A stretch of 64,000 bases of DNA from Candidatus Desulfaltia sp. (GTDB lineage Bacteria; Desulfobacterota; Desulfobacteria; Desulfobacterales; ETH-SRB1): the NCBI GenBank assembly GCA_030656555.1, contig JAUSPN010000049.1, forward strand, positions 36,625-100,624, in the 5' to 3' direction. Shown here piece after piece: positions 30,823-40,513 of this stretch (position 1 is the first letter of the stretch; each line of letters starts with the position of its first letter). A model generated the notes under the pieces. That model was not told the DNA's origin and did no database searches. It was given only the letters and a program-made list of their open reading frames with translations. Both the position numbers and the translations under genes were made by a program.

Positions 30823-32724
30823 ATGGAAATTCCCAAAACACTGACGATTCCCAAGCTTTTTCTTAAACAGGCCGAAAAGTTCGGCAAGAATACTATTGCC
30901 ATGCGGGAAAAGGGGTTCGGCATCTGGCGACCTATCACGTGGCATGATTATCTTGAAAATGTTAAACACCTGGCTCTTGGCCTGATCAGTATAGGTCTTA
31001 AGAACCAGGACAAGATTTGCATGATCGGCACCAACCGTCCTGAAGGCTTATGGGCTGAGATGGCCACTATGTGCGCAAGAGGAATAGGTGTCTGGTTGTT
31101 TCAGGAGTGTCTTATAGATGAGGTCAAATACATTGTTGATAATTCAGACACCAGGTTTATATTTTGTGAAAGTCAGGAAGAGGTTGATAAGGCTCTTTCC
31201 ATATTTGATGAATGCCCAAAACTGGAAAAGATTATCTGGGATGATCCAAAAGGGATGCGAGATTACGAGCAGGATTATCTGATAAGCTTTAAAGATCTAC
31301 AGCAGTTAGGCAGAGAGTTAGATCAAAAACAGCCCAATCTTTTTGAGGAGATAATCTTGAAGGGGCATGGTGACGAGACAGCTCTTCTTTTTTATACTTC
31401 AGGCACTACGGCGCTTCCCAAGGGCGCTTTGCTGTCTCATTATAACATGTTGACAATGGGAAAGAATCTCATGACGGTTGATCCGTGTCTTGAGACTGAT
31501 GATTATGTTTCTTATCTTCCCTTTGCATGGATCGGCGAGCAGATGATGTCTATTTCATGCGGCCTTCAAATCGGATTTACTCTTAATTTTCCTGAATCGT
31601 CTGAAACCTCTCAGGCAGATATCAGGCAGATCGGGCCCCATGTTATGTTTGCCCCACCCAGGATGTATGAACAGATGACCCGAACGGTTCAGGTCAAGTA
31701 TTTGGATTCCACATGGATTAAGAGAAAGTGCTACGAGCTTGCGGCAAAGATCGGTTATCATGTGGCAGATCTGAAATTTGAGAAAAAACCGATACCGTTT
31801 CACTGGAGGCTTCTCCATGTGCTGGCCTATATCGGAGTGCAAAAAAAGTTGAAGGACAATCTCGGGCTTTCCCGTGTTCGCAATGCTTATACAGGCGGCG
31901 CCGCCATGGGGCCTGATCACTTCCGTTTCTTTCATGCTCTTGGCGTGAACCTGAAACAGATTTACGGGCAGACTGAAGTCGCCGGCATTTCGGTAATCCA
32001 TAGAAGCGGAGACATCAAGTTTGACACAGTAGGCACTCCTATCCCGGAAACAGAGGTAAAAATTACAAAAGAAGGTGAAATCATTACTAAAAGCCCATCG
32101 GTTTTCCAGGGGTATTATAAGAATCCCGAAGCTACGGAGAAAACCCTGATTGATGGCTGGCTATATTCAGGAGACAGGGGTTTTATAGATGATGACGGCC
32201 ACCTGGTTGTGTTTGACCGTTCAAAAGATGTCATGACTTTAAAAGACGGCAGGCCGTTTGCTCCTCAGTATCTGGAAACCCGCTTAAAATTCAGCCCGTA
32301 TGTAAAGGATTCCTGGGTGATAGGAAATAACCTGGACTATTTAACGGCGGTTATCTGTATTGATTATTCGGTAGTAGGAAATTGGGCAGATGAAAAAAAG
32401 CTTACCTACACAAGCTATCCTGAACTTTCTCAGAAAACGGAAGTCTATGATCTTGTTGAAAAACAAATCCGTCAGGCTAACAAAGACCTTCCTGAGCCGG
32501 CAAAGATCAGAAAATTTATCAATTTATATAAGGAACTTGACGCGGATGATGATGAGCTTACCAGGACCAGGAAATTGCGCCGAGCATTTGTACTAAATAG
32601 ATATCAACAGATTGTGGATGCTCTATATTCTGAAGAAGACATGGTTCATATCGATACTACCATAAGCTACGAAGACGGGAGAAAAGCCCACATTAAGGCT
32701 GATTTGCACATTCGGAAAATATAA
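30823..32724 (+). CDS. Long-chain fatty acid-CoA ligase (AMP-binding)
   Basis: YTSGTTALPKG, IYGQTE, GWLYSGD, ELTRTRKLRR. Confidence 0.9.
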   Translation: MEIPKTLTIPKLFLKQAEKFGKNTIAMREKGFGIWRPITWHDYLENVKHLALGLISIGLKNQDKICMIGTNRPEGLWAEMATMCARGIGVWLFQECLIDEVKYIVDNSDTRFIFCESQEEVDKALSIFDECPKLEKIIWDDPKGMRDYEQDYLISFKDLQQLGRELDQKQPNLFEEIILKGHGDETALLFYTSGTTALPKGALLSHYNMLTMGKNLMTVDPCLETDDYVSYLPFAWIGEQMMSISCGLQIGFTLNFPESSETSQADIRQIGPHVMFAPPRMYEQMTRTVQVKYLDSTWIKRKCYELAAKIGYHVADLKFEKKPIPFHWRLLHVLAYIGVQKKLKDNLGLSRVRNAYTGGAAMGPDHFRFFHALGVNLKQIYGQTEVAGISVIHRSGDIKFDTVGTPIPETEVKITKEGEIITKSPSVFQGYYKNPEATEKTLIDGWLYSGDRGFIDDDGHLVVFDRSKDVMTLKDGRPFAPQYLETRLKFSPYVKDSWVIGNNLDYLTAVICIDYSVVGNWADEKKLTYTSYPELSQKTEVYDLVEKQIRQANKDLPEPAKIRKFINLYKELDADDDELTRTRKLRRAFVLNRYQQIVDALYSEEDMVHIDTTISYEDGRKAHIKADLHIRKI

Positions 32725-32757
32725 GTGTGCTTCAGGCAGTAAGAAGGAGAAAACCCA

Positions 32758-33642
32758 ATGGAATTGTTTTTGATGGCCCTGACCAATGGCATTATGGTGG
32801 GTGGAATTTATGCGCTCGTAGCTATCGGCTGGGTGCTTATATATAAATGCTCGGGCGTGTTGAATCTTGCAATGGGGGAAATGACCCTTATCGGCGCCTA
32901 TATTTCTCTAACATTTTATTCCATGGGCCTGCCCTTTCTTTTGGCATTATTAGTTTCTCTTATCATCGGCTTATTGCTTGGCATTTTGACGGAAAGGGTC
33001 TTTTTAGACAAACTAATAGGAGAGCCTGCCCTGTCGGTTATCATGGTTACGGTAGGGCTTTCCTTTTTCTTTAGAGGGACTATTGAATTAATATGGGGAA
33101 CGGATACAAGAGTCTTTAATCCACCTGTTTTTTCAATAGAGCCGATTACTATTGGGATGATTTCAATCAGCGAGGTCTATTTATGGAGTTTTGTGGCAGC
33201 TATTATTTTGCTGGTAATTTTTGTATGTTTCTTTAAATATACCCGCTGGGGCCTTGCAATGCAGGCCACGGCAGATGATGAGATGGCTGCGCTGTCCCTC
33301 GGGGTGAGCGCCCGTTTTGTTTATGCTGCTGCCTGGGCTATTGCCTTTATGGCTGCCGGTGTAGGAGGCACCCTTTTAGGAAATATAAATGGGCTGAACA
33401 TATCCGTAGGCTACCTGGGGCTGCTGGTTCTGCCCGCTGTGGTGCTGGGCGGGCTTAATTCCGTACCAGGCGCCATTGTCGGAGGTATTGCCATTGGAAT
33501 ATTGCAGAATTTTACCGGTGTATATCTGGATAGATTCTTTCCGGGCGCTGTAAAAGAGGTAGCCCCCTTTGCTTTTATGGCAATCTTTTTGCTTTTTAAG
33601 CCCCACGGTTTATGGGGCTGGGAGCGTATTGAACGAGTTTAA
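32758..33642 (+). CDS. Liv-type ABC permease (LivH-like)
   Basis: GGIYALVAIG, NLAMGE, GLAMQATADD, LGGLNS. Confidence 0.9.
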   Translation: MELFLMALTNGIMVGGIYALVAIGWVLIYKCSGVLNLAMGEMTLIGAYISLTFYSMGLPFLLALLVSLIIGLLLGILTERVFLDKLIGEPALSVIMVTVGLSFFFRGTIELIWGTDTRVFNPPVFSIEPITIGMISISEVYLWSFVAAIILLVIFVCFFKYTRWGLAMQATADDEMAALSLGVSARFVYAAAWAIAFMAAGVGGTLLGNINGLNISVGYLGLLVLPAVVLGGLNSVPGAIVGGIAIGILQNFTGVYLDRFFPGAVKEVAPFAFMAIFLLFKPHGLWGWERIERV

Positions 33643-33657
33643 AACGGAGTAAATTAT

Positions 33658-34758
33658 ATGTCAACGACCTTCCTTCCTTGCGGTGATTACCATCAAACCT
33701 ATGCGCAGGAGCATGCATGGTGGCAGACAAAGTTTATTAAAGGTAAGATGATTTGTTTGTTTCTTTGTTTGTTTGTATTTATTCCTCTGGTGGCAAATGA
33801 TTACTGGATCAGCATTTGTAATATGGTTGGTTATACGATTCTGGGAGCTTTAGGCGTTCAGCTTCTAATCGGTTATTGCGGACAGTTGACCCTGGGCCAA
33901 GGAGCATTCATTGCAGTGGGAGCATACGTGAGCACTTTGCTTGTACTGGAATTTCCCTGGCCGCAATTCATGCTGGATTGGGGTATTGCATATCCTGTAA
34001 GTGTTCTTGTTGCCGGAATAGCTGCCGGTATCTGGAGCGTGTTTTTCGGGCTCCCTTCCGCCAGGGTAAAGGGGTTTTATCTGATTTTAACTACAATGGC
34101 GGCCCAGTTTATTACCGTAGATTTTCTGCTTACACAATATGTCAGCCAGATAGGCGGTCGCGGTCAGGCCTTTTCCCTCCCTGCGGGGACTATAAAGCTG
34201 GGGCCGTGGGTTATTGACAGTGATCTCAAAGTCTATTATTTGATGATCATGCTGGTTATTGTTTTTTGCGTTGTCATATCCAACCTCATGCGGTCAAGGG
34301 TCGGCAGGGCATGGGTGGCTATCAGGGACAATGATATTTCAGCCGAGGTTATGGGGATTAATGTTGTTAAATATAAACTGCTTGCCTTTTTTGTCGCAGG
34401 ATTTATCGCAGGCATAACAGGAGCATTCTGGATAAGCAATCTTGCAGCCATCAGTCCGGAGCACTTCCCGTGGTTTCTATCTCTCTCGCTTGTTGGTGTG
34501 ATTCTTATCGGCGGTGTAAGTTCCATACATGGCACAATATTCGGCGCCATATTTATGGTGGTGGTAATGGAATTGTTGCAGCTTGCTGTTATGCCGCTGG
34601 CTGATACCTACCCGAAGCTTTTGATGGATTTTTTGTTTATCAAAGAGGCTGCCTTTGGCCTGGCGATTTGTCTGTTTCTTATGTTTGAACCCAATGGCCT
34701 TGCCTATCGTTGGTGGCAGATTAAAAATTATTTTAATCTGTGGCCATTTTCATATTAA
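33658..34758 (+). CDS. Liv-type ABC permease (LivM-like)
   Basis: GYCGQLTLGQGAF, GRAWVAIRDN, EPNGL. Confidence 0.9.
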   Translation: MSTTFLPCGDYHQTYAQEHAWWQTKFIKGKMICLFLCLFVFIPLVANDYWISICNMVGYTILGALGVQLLIGYCGQLTLGQGAFIAVGAYVSTLLVLEFPWPQFMLDWGIAYPVSVLVAGIAAGIWSVFFGLPSARVKGFYLILTTMAAQFITVDFLLTQYVSQIGGRGQAFSLPAGTIKLGPWVIDSDLKVYYLMIMLVIVFCVVISNLMRSRVGRAWVAIRDNDISAEVMGINVVKYKLLAFFVAGFIAGITGAFWISNLAAISPEHFPWFLSLSLVGVILIGGVSSIHGTIFGAIFMVVVMELLQLAVMPLADTYPKLLMDFLFIKEAAFGLAICLFLMFEPNGLAYRWWQIKNYFNLWPFSY

Positions 34759-34781
34759 AAAGATTAACGAAAGGGGGAACT

Positions 34782-36056
34782 ATGAAGTCGAGGATTTTAG
34801 TGTTTTTGATGTCGCTGGCTCTTATAGCGGGAATTTTCTCCATTTATGCCTGTGGTGAAAAACCCGAGAAAAAAGAGAAAGCAAAGCTTGCTGCCGAGGA
34901 AATCCAGATTGGGTCATTAAATGATATGACCGGCGCAACCTCAGATGTTGGTAAGGACTATGCCTTAGGAATTGCCGAAGCTGTTCATTATATAAATGAA
35001 AGTGGCGGAATAAACGGGAAACTAATCAAGCTGCACCAGTTTGATTATGGTTATCGTATTCCTGAAGCACTCACAAAGTATAACCTGTTTAAGCAATTGA
35101 AATGCGTTGCTATTCTTGGGTGGGGCACAGGGGACACAGAGGCGTTGGCCCCTACTGTTGCCAGAGACAAGATCCCTTATGTATCGGCTTCTTACTCCGG
35201 GCATCTGTGTGATACAGCCAAGACACCGTATAACCTTTTCTTTGCAACAGATTATTCAACCCAGGCGCGTGGATTAATAACAGCCTGGTTTGACACAAAG
35301 TGGCCGAAAAATCCTGATTATGGTAAACGAAAACCTCGAATTGCCGCCTGCTATATGTTTGCTTCAGCTTTCAGCAGCGCATCGATCAAGGCATACAAGA
35401 ATCAGGCAGAGCTGCTTGGATTTGACATTGGTCCGGATCAGGATGTATCTCTTTTTGCCATTGACACAAAGAGCCAGATTCTTGCCCTGAAAGAATTCAA
35501 GCCGGATGTGGTTTTGCACACAAATACGGTTATGTCTGTTGCCGCTACTATGCGTGATGCATATGCGCTGAAATTAGGAGCGGATCATATCATCAAGAAC
35601 TGGGGTTTTGACGAGAACCTTCCAAAGCTGGCAGCAGCAGCAGCAGAGGGGGCAATAGGATGCGCTCCATGGGCTTTTTTCGGCCAGGATGCTCCTTTAA
35701 TGGACAAGGTTATAGAATATGCTGAAAAATATAACCCGGGAATTCCGCTTGAAAAAAGAACCATCCATACGGTGCAGGGTTGGGCAAGCGTATTAGGACT
35801 TGCAGAGGCTTTAAAACGCGCGGACAAAGCCGGCGGTTTAAGCGGTGAATCTATTTTGAAAAATGGTTTTGAAACCATGGTTAACTATGAACTTGGTTTG
35901 GGTATAGCGCCTGTAACCTTTAAGGAAAAAGACCACAGAGGGCAAAGCCAAGCCAAGATTTATGAGTGGAAAGACAGCAAGTTCACCCTGCTTGCCGAAG
36001 TGGACCTGAAAAAGAGATGGCCGGATAAGTGGGAGAATGAGTGGTTAGGATGGTAA
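34782..36056 (+). CDS. Liv-type ABC substrate-binding lipoprotein
   Basis: Lipobox IYAC; DMTGATS, GGINGK; PBP1-like. Confidence 0.88.
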   Translation: MKSRILVFLMSLALIAGIFSIYACGEKPEKKEKAKLAAEEIQIGSLNDMTGATSDVGKDYALGIAEAVHYINESGGINGKLIKLHQFDYGYRIPEALTKYNLFKQLKCVAILGWGTGDTEALAPTVARDKIPYVSASYSGHLCDTAKTPYNLFFATDYSTQARGLITAWFDTKWPKNPDYGKRKPRIAACYMFASAFSSASIKAYKNQAELLGFDIGPDQDVSLFAIDTKSQILALKEFKPDVVLHTNTVMSVAATMRDAYALKLGADHIIKNWGFDENLPKLAAAAAEGAIGCAPWAFFGQDAPLMDKVIEYAEKYNPGIPLEKRTIHTVQGWASVLGLAEALKRADKAGGLSGESILKNGFETMVNYELGLGIAPVTFKEKDHRGQSQAKIYEWKDSKFTLLAEVDLKKRWPDKWENEWLGW

Positions 36057-36092
36057 CATTATCGACAGGTTTTCAAGGGAGGTCTTAAGGTT

Positions 36093-36908
36093 TTGTCTCA
36101 GGATGAAATGATCTTAAAGATCAATAATATTGAAGTTAAATATCATGAAGTAATACTGGTTATAAAGGGCGTTTCCATCGAGGTTCCCAAAGGTGGTATT
36201 GTTGCTCTCCTCGGCGCCAATGGCGCCGGCAAGAGCACGACCTTGAAGGCTGTTTCAGGCTTGTTGAAACATGAAGACGGCAAGGTTACGGACGGTTCCA
36301 TTGAATTCATGGGAGAACGCATTGACAAAAGACGTGCTGAGAAAATCGCCAAAATGGGGATAGTCCAGGTAATTGAAGGGCGCAGAGTGTTTGAACATCT
36401 TACGGTTGAACAGAACCTGAAGGTGGGTGCCCATATGAAAAAGAAGGGGGGCAGATCCATCAAGGAAGGGCTGGAGATGGTATATAACTATTTCCCAAGG
36501 CTTAAGGAGAAGCGAAGCGAAATCGCCGGATTTATCAGCGGTGGAGAGCAGCAGATGACGGTTGTAGGGCGAGCCTTGATGACCAGCCCCAAGCTGATCC
36601 TGTTAGATGAGCCTTCCATGGGTCTTGCACCTCTTCTTATTCATGAAATTTTCAATATTATTTCCCGGCTTAATCAAGAGGAGAAGATTTCGATCCTTTT
36701 GGTGGAACAAAACGCCAAACTGGCCTTAAATGTTGCCCCTTTTGCCTATGTGATGGAGAACGGCAGAATAGTCATGAATGATTCAGCGGAAAAGCTTCGA
36801 CAGAATCCTGATATAAAGGACTTCTATCTTGGCATGAAGGATCATGGAGGCAGAAAAAGCTTTCGTGATGTTAAGCATTATAAGCGAAGGAAAAGATGGC
36901 TTACATAG
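36093..36908 (+). CDS. Liv-type ABC ATP-binding protein (LivF-like)
   Basis: GANGAGKST, SGGEQQM, LDEPSMGLAP, VEQN. Confidence 0.92.
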   Translation: MSQDEMILKINNIEVKYHEVILVIKGVSIEVPKGGIVALLGANGAGKSTTLKAVSGLLKHEDGKVTDGSIEFMGERIDKRRAEKIAKMGIVQVIEGRRVFEHLTVEQNLKVGAHMKKKGGRSIKEGLEMVYNYFPRLKEKRSEIAGFISGGEQQMTVVGRALMTSPKLILLDEPSMGLAPLLIHEIFNIISRLNQEEKISILLVEQNAKLALNVAPFAYVMENGRIVMNDSAEKLRQNPDIKDFYLGMKDHGGRKSFRDVKHYKRRKRWLT

Positions 36909-36923
36909 ATTGGAGGCTAAAAA

Positions 36924-37529
36924 ATGCGTAATAAATTAATTATATTAATATGTTGTACCTTTGTTTTTATAGCCGCTTTCTTGCCGGCTTGTACGAATGA
37001 AAAAAAGGCTCCCGGGCCGACCGAGCAGAATTTTAAGGCTCCGACAGTTACACTGAAATCTGTAGAAGTGGCCCATTACTGGGGATGGTGGTATTTTTCG
37101 AGCAAAGTTGCGCCAACCAAGGGAACGGCTGGTGACTACGGAGCCCCTCTTGATCTTGCCTTTATATTCGACATTCAAAACCCGAATTCCTATCCTGTTT
37201 TAATGGATGGTTTAAAATTTACGGTTGCTTTTGAGGAGTTTGATCTTAACTCACTCAGCTCCATGGAAACTCAGTGGATACCTGCCGGAAAGACAAACCA
37301 GGTGAGAGTTCATGGAATGTTTGACGGAAGGCAGTCTTTGCTTAGTCTTCTTGTTACAGGCGGGTTCAAGCTCCAGGAAAAGGGAGTGACAGCTTTTGAT
37401 CAACTTGAAAAGTGGTGGGTTGGAGTTCCTGAACTTGCCTTTCCGATCAGTGTGAAGGAAGGATCCGCTGTTTTCAAGGCAGACAATTTGACCAAGGTTG
37501 CTGCCTTTAGCGGCACATTTCCAAAATAG
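36924..37529 (+). CDS. Lipoprotein, possibly LEA_2/WHy-like
   Basis: Lipobox LPAC; IQNPNSYP motif. Confidence 0.72.
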   Translation: MRNKLIILICCTFVFIAAFLPACTNEKKAPGPTEQNFKAPTVTLKSVEVAHYWGWWYFSSKVAPTKGTAGDYGAPLDLAFIFDIQNPNSYPVLMDGLKFTVAFEEFDLNSLSSMETQWIPAGKTNQVRVHGMFDGRQSLLSLLVTGGFKLQEKGVTAFDQLEKWWVGVPELAFPISVKEGSAVFKADNLTKVAAFSGTFPK

Positions 37530-37556
37530 TTAACCTGTTCTACTTAAAGTTTGTTT

Positions 37557-37620
37557 TTAACCACAGAGTTCACAGAGAAGATTTTGTTTGGTTATTTCCC
37601 TCTGTGTTCTCTGTGGTAAA
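37557..37620. repeat. Inverted pair of 9-mer tandem repeats (hairpin, possible terminator)
   Basis: CCACAGAGTTCACAGAG...CTCTGTGTTCTCTGTGG. Confidence 0.6.
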
Positions 37621-37734
37621 TTTGTTTTTTTCATTAAAATGTTACGTTTTTCATCCCTTTATTCCCTGTCTGCCGACAGGCAGGCAATTTTCCATTGTTC
37701 CACTATTCCAGTTTACTGATGAGGTTAGTTCTTT

Positions 37735-39261
37735 ATGGCACTTTATGATTTTACAATTTATGATCTGATCAGCCGCAATGCCGTCTGTTTCGGTGACAGG
37801 CCCGCATGGTTCGAGGTTGATGATAACAGAACTTTAACATTTGCCCGGTACAAGGAAAGTGTGGATAGGCTTGCGTGCGGTTTGCAGGAAGCCGGTATTC
37901 AAAAAACAGATCGAATAGCAGTTTTGGGGAAAAACAGCCTTGAATATTTTCTCTTGTATGGAGCTGCTGCTGCAACAGGGACAATCGTGCTGCCGATTAA
38001 CTGGAGACTGTCTGCTGATGAAGTGTGTTTTAATCTGAATGATTGCGAGCCGACTGTTTTTTTTGTTGATAAAGAATATCAGGAATTAGTCGAGGGATTG
38101 AAAGACAGCCTGCATTCGGTGAAGAAATATTATAATCTCAAACCAGGTGGCGGTGGATTTCTTGATTTTGAATCGCTGATGGATAATCAGGGAGATTTCA
38201 AACAGGTGGATATTTCATCAGATGATGGCCTTGTAATAATTCATACTGCGGCCGTGGGTGGAAGGCCCAGGGGGGCTTTATTGAGCCACGGCAACCTGTT
38301 ATGCGCCAATATGCATTTGAATTATAATTTAAATATGACGCCTGAAGATGTGCATTTAAATTTGTTGCCCCTTTTCCATACAGCCGGTCTTTTTACGGCA
38401 ACGGGCAGTTTTCAAGCAGGCGCCTTAAATATAAACATGAGTAAATTTGAACCTGAAAAGGCAGTAGAACTTATTTGCGATAAAAAGGTTACTGTGCTGT
38501 TTGATTTTGCGCCTATACTTTCCTCGATTCTTGAACAGCATGAGAAAACAGGGAAAAACATAAAAACCCTGAAAAAAATATTAGGGATAGATACACCTGA
38601 AACCATAGAAAAATATCAGAAAACAACAGGCGGCATCTTTTACTGTCTGTACGGGCAGACAGAAACATCATGCCTGGCAACTCTTGGTCCATACAACGAC
38701 AGGCCGGGTTCAGCAGGAAAGATGTTAGAGTTGACTGTGGTAAGAGTGGTGGATAATTATGATAATCCTCTGCCTACAGGTCAAACCGGTGAAATTACTT
38801 TAAAAGGTCCCATGGTTTTTAAGGGCTACTGGAATCTTCCCAAGGTAAATGAACATATCTTTCGTGAAGGGTGTCATCACACAGGAGATCGGGGTCGTTT
38901 TGATGAGGAGGGCTTTTTATGGTATATGGGTCGAACACCAGACAAGGAGCTTATTAAGCCCGGAGGTGAAAATGTCTATCCTTATGAGGTGGAAAAGGTT
39001 ATTCTCCAGCATTTGGACGTTGAGAAGGTGATTGTTTTCGGAGTGCCTGATCCCAAATGGAAAGAAGGAATAAAAGCTGTCTGCTTGTTAAAAAAAGGCA
39101 AGACACTTGATCAGCAGGATCTTATTAGCTTTGTGGGTAATCGCATAGCAAGTTACAAAAAGCCTCAATATGTTGAATTCGTGTCGGATTTACCTTTACT
39201 TGAGGATGGATCATTAGACAGAGCCAAAATAAAAGAGCTGTATGGAGGCATGCGGGAGTAA
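37735..39261 (+). CDS. AMP-binding acyl-CoA synthetase
   Basis: HTAAVGGRPRG (variant P-loop), YGQTE, HHTGD, IKPGGENVYP. Confidence 0.88.
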   Translation: MALYDFTIYDLISRNAVCFGDRPAWFEVDDNRTLTFARYKESVDRLACGLQEAGIQKTDRIAVLGKNSLEYFLLYGAAAATGTIVLPINWRLSADEVCFNLNDCEPTVFFVDKEYQELVEGLKDSLHSVKKYYNLKPGGGGFLDFESLMDNQGDFKQVDISSDDGLVIIHTAAVGGRPRGALLSHGNLLCANMHLNYNLNMTPEDVHLNLLPLFHTAGLFTATGSFQAGALNINMSKFEPEKAVELICDKKVTVLFDFAPILSSILEQHEKTGKNIKTLKKILGIDTPETIEKYQKTTGGIFYCLYGQTETSCLATLGPYNDRPGSAGKMLELTVVRVVDNYDNPLPTGQTGEITLKGPMVFKGYWNLPKVNEHIFREGCHHTGDRGRFDEEGFLWYMGRTPDKELIKPGGENVYPYEVEKVILQHLDVEKVIVFGVPDPKWKEGIKAVCLLKKGKTLDQQDLISFVGNRIASYKKPQYVEFVSDLPLLEDGSLDRAKIKELYGGMRE

Positions 39262-39265
39262 AAAG

Positions 39266-39748
39266 ATGATTAGAACAGAGATATCACTTTTTCTAAAGAA
39301 TGTTCCAGGAGAACTAGGGAAACTGTCATCAATGCTTGAAAAGGACGGGATCAATATTGATGCTCTCACTATACAGGACGCATCGAGTTATGTTAAGGAG
39401 CTTTTTCAGGCAAGAGGAAAATCATTAAAGAGAATCGCTTCAGTTGCGAGCTATAACTCGATGAGAAAGGACTCGGCCCAGTTTGCGCTGATACGTTTTT
39501 TAGTTGACCAGACAGACAAAGCAATAGACCTGTTATCAAAAAACGGGTATATTTTTGATATTATGCCTGTGATTGCAGTTGAACTCGAAAACATCCCTGG
39601 CGCTCTTGCCAGGATGGCGGTGAAATTAGGAGAAAAGGGAATTAATATTAACTATGTTTACGGCTCAGTCTCATCTCCGGAAGCAAAATGCCTTTTTGTG
39701 TTCTGCCCGGAAGATATAGACCTGGCAGCTAAAGTATTTAAAGAATAA
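39266..39748 (+). CDS. ACT domain protein
   Basis: Two ACT repeats: NVPGEL..GINI and NIPGAL..GININYVY. Confidence 0.85.
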   Translation: MIRTEISLFLKNVPGELGKLSSMLEKDGINIDALTIQDASSYVKELFQARGKSLKRIASVASYNSMRKDSAQFALIRFLVDQTDKAIDLLSKNGYIFDIMPVIAVELENIPGALARMAVKLGEKGININYVYGSVSSPEAKCLFVFCPEDIDLAAKVFKE

Positions 39749-39766
39749 GCCGCTAACAACCTTAAC

Positions 39767-39982
39767 TGTTATGGTCGGCGCTTATCTTTTAAAATATGGT
39801 TTGAGATAACTATCCTCTGAATTTCTGATGTTCCTTCGTAAATAGTAAAAACACGCGCATCCCTGTAAAATCTCTCCACAGGATATTCCTTAATATACCC
39901 ATAACCACCGTCGATTTGGAGCGCCTTTGCGGTAACACGATTTACCATTTCAGAGGCAAAAAGCTTTGCCATAGAAGCCTGG
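39767..39982 (-). repeat. Left 216-bp direct repeat (displaced 3' end of acyl-CoA dehydrogenase)
   Basis: Colinear with 48832-49047; 24 substitutions by hand count; perfect 42-bp block at 39941-39982. Confidence 0.92.
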
Positions 39983-40281
39983 GCGGCAAGCTCGGAATGC
40001 TTTTCGGAATCAAGCCCGCATTCGGAAAGCTCTTCTTCAAATCTTATTTTCCGTGAATCATCCAGCAAATCTAAAATATACTCGTTGACCCGCCCCATTT
40101 CATCTCTCAATGTATAGCAAAGCATATTCATGCTTTTCTCATCCAGTGTGAAATAGCGGTCTAAATGCCGCCGCAGATATAAAGTGCACTTTTTCAAGGC
40201 AAAGCATTCATTTTTATCAAGAGTTGCTTTGGAATCTGTTAGTATCCGCTTTTTTCTTCGATGTTTTTTACGCGCTACCAA
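39769..40281 (-). pseudogene. Chimeric ORF: ~100 aa truncated island gene fused in frame to the ACAD C-terminus
   Basis: Last ~70 aa (QASMAKLF...DKRRP) match 48834..49988 except F>Y and H>D; N-terminus unrelated. Confidence 0.75.
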
Positions 40282-40325
40282 TCTCCTTTTTGACTTGTTT
40301 CTTTATATTATAACATAACGGCTGT

Positions 40326-40419
40326 TCCCTTAAAGTCCCCCTTTGAAGGGGGATTATAGGGGGATGTTACTCATGGAAATACTATCAAAACACCCCCCTG
40401 CCCCCCTCAAGGGGGGAAT
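40326..40419. repeat. REP-like CCCCCTT/AAGGGGG palindrome doublet
   Basis: TCCCCCTTTGAAGGGGGA...CCCCCCTCAAGGGGGG. Confidence 0.65.
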
Positions 40420-40470
40420 AAGTTGTGGTTTGATTATTTCAGAATGAAATTATATTATAGCATGTTAATA

Positions 40471-40490
40471 TTCCATATCACGGAACGGAA
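40471..40490 (+). promoter_or_regulatory. Putative operator upstream of the WYL gene
   Basis: TTCCATATCACGGAACGGAA, 17/20 identical to the reverse complement of 46908-46927. Confidence 0.55.
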
Positions 40491-40513
40491 ATCCTTTTCC
40501 CTGGAGGTGTTTT

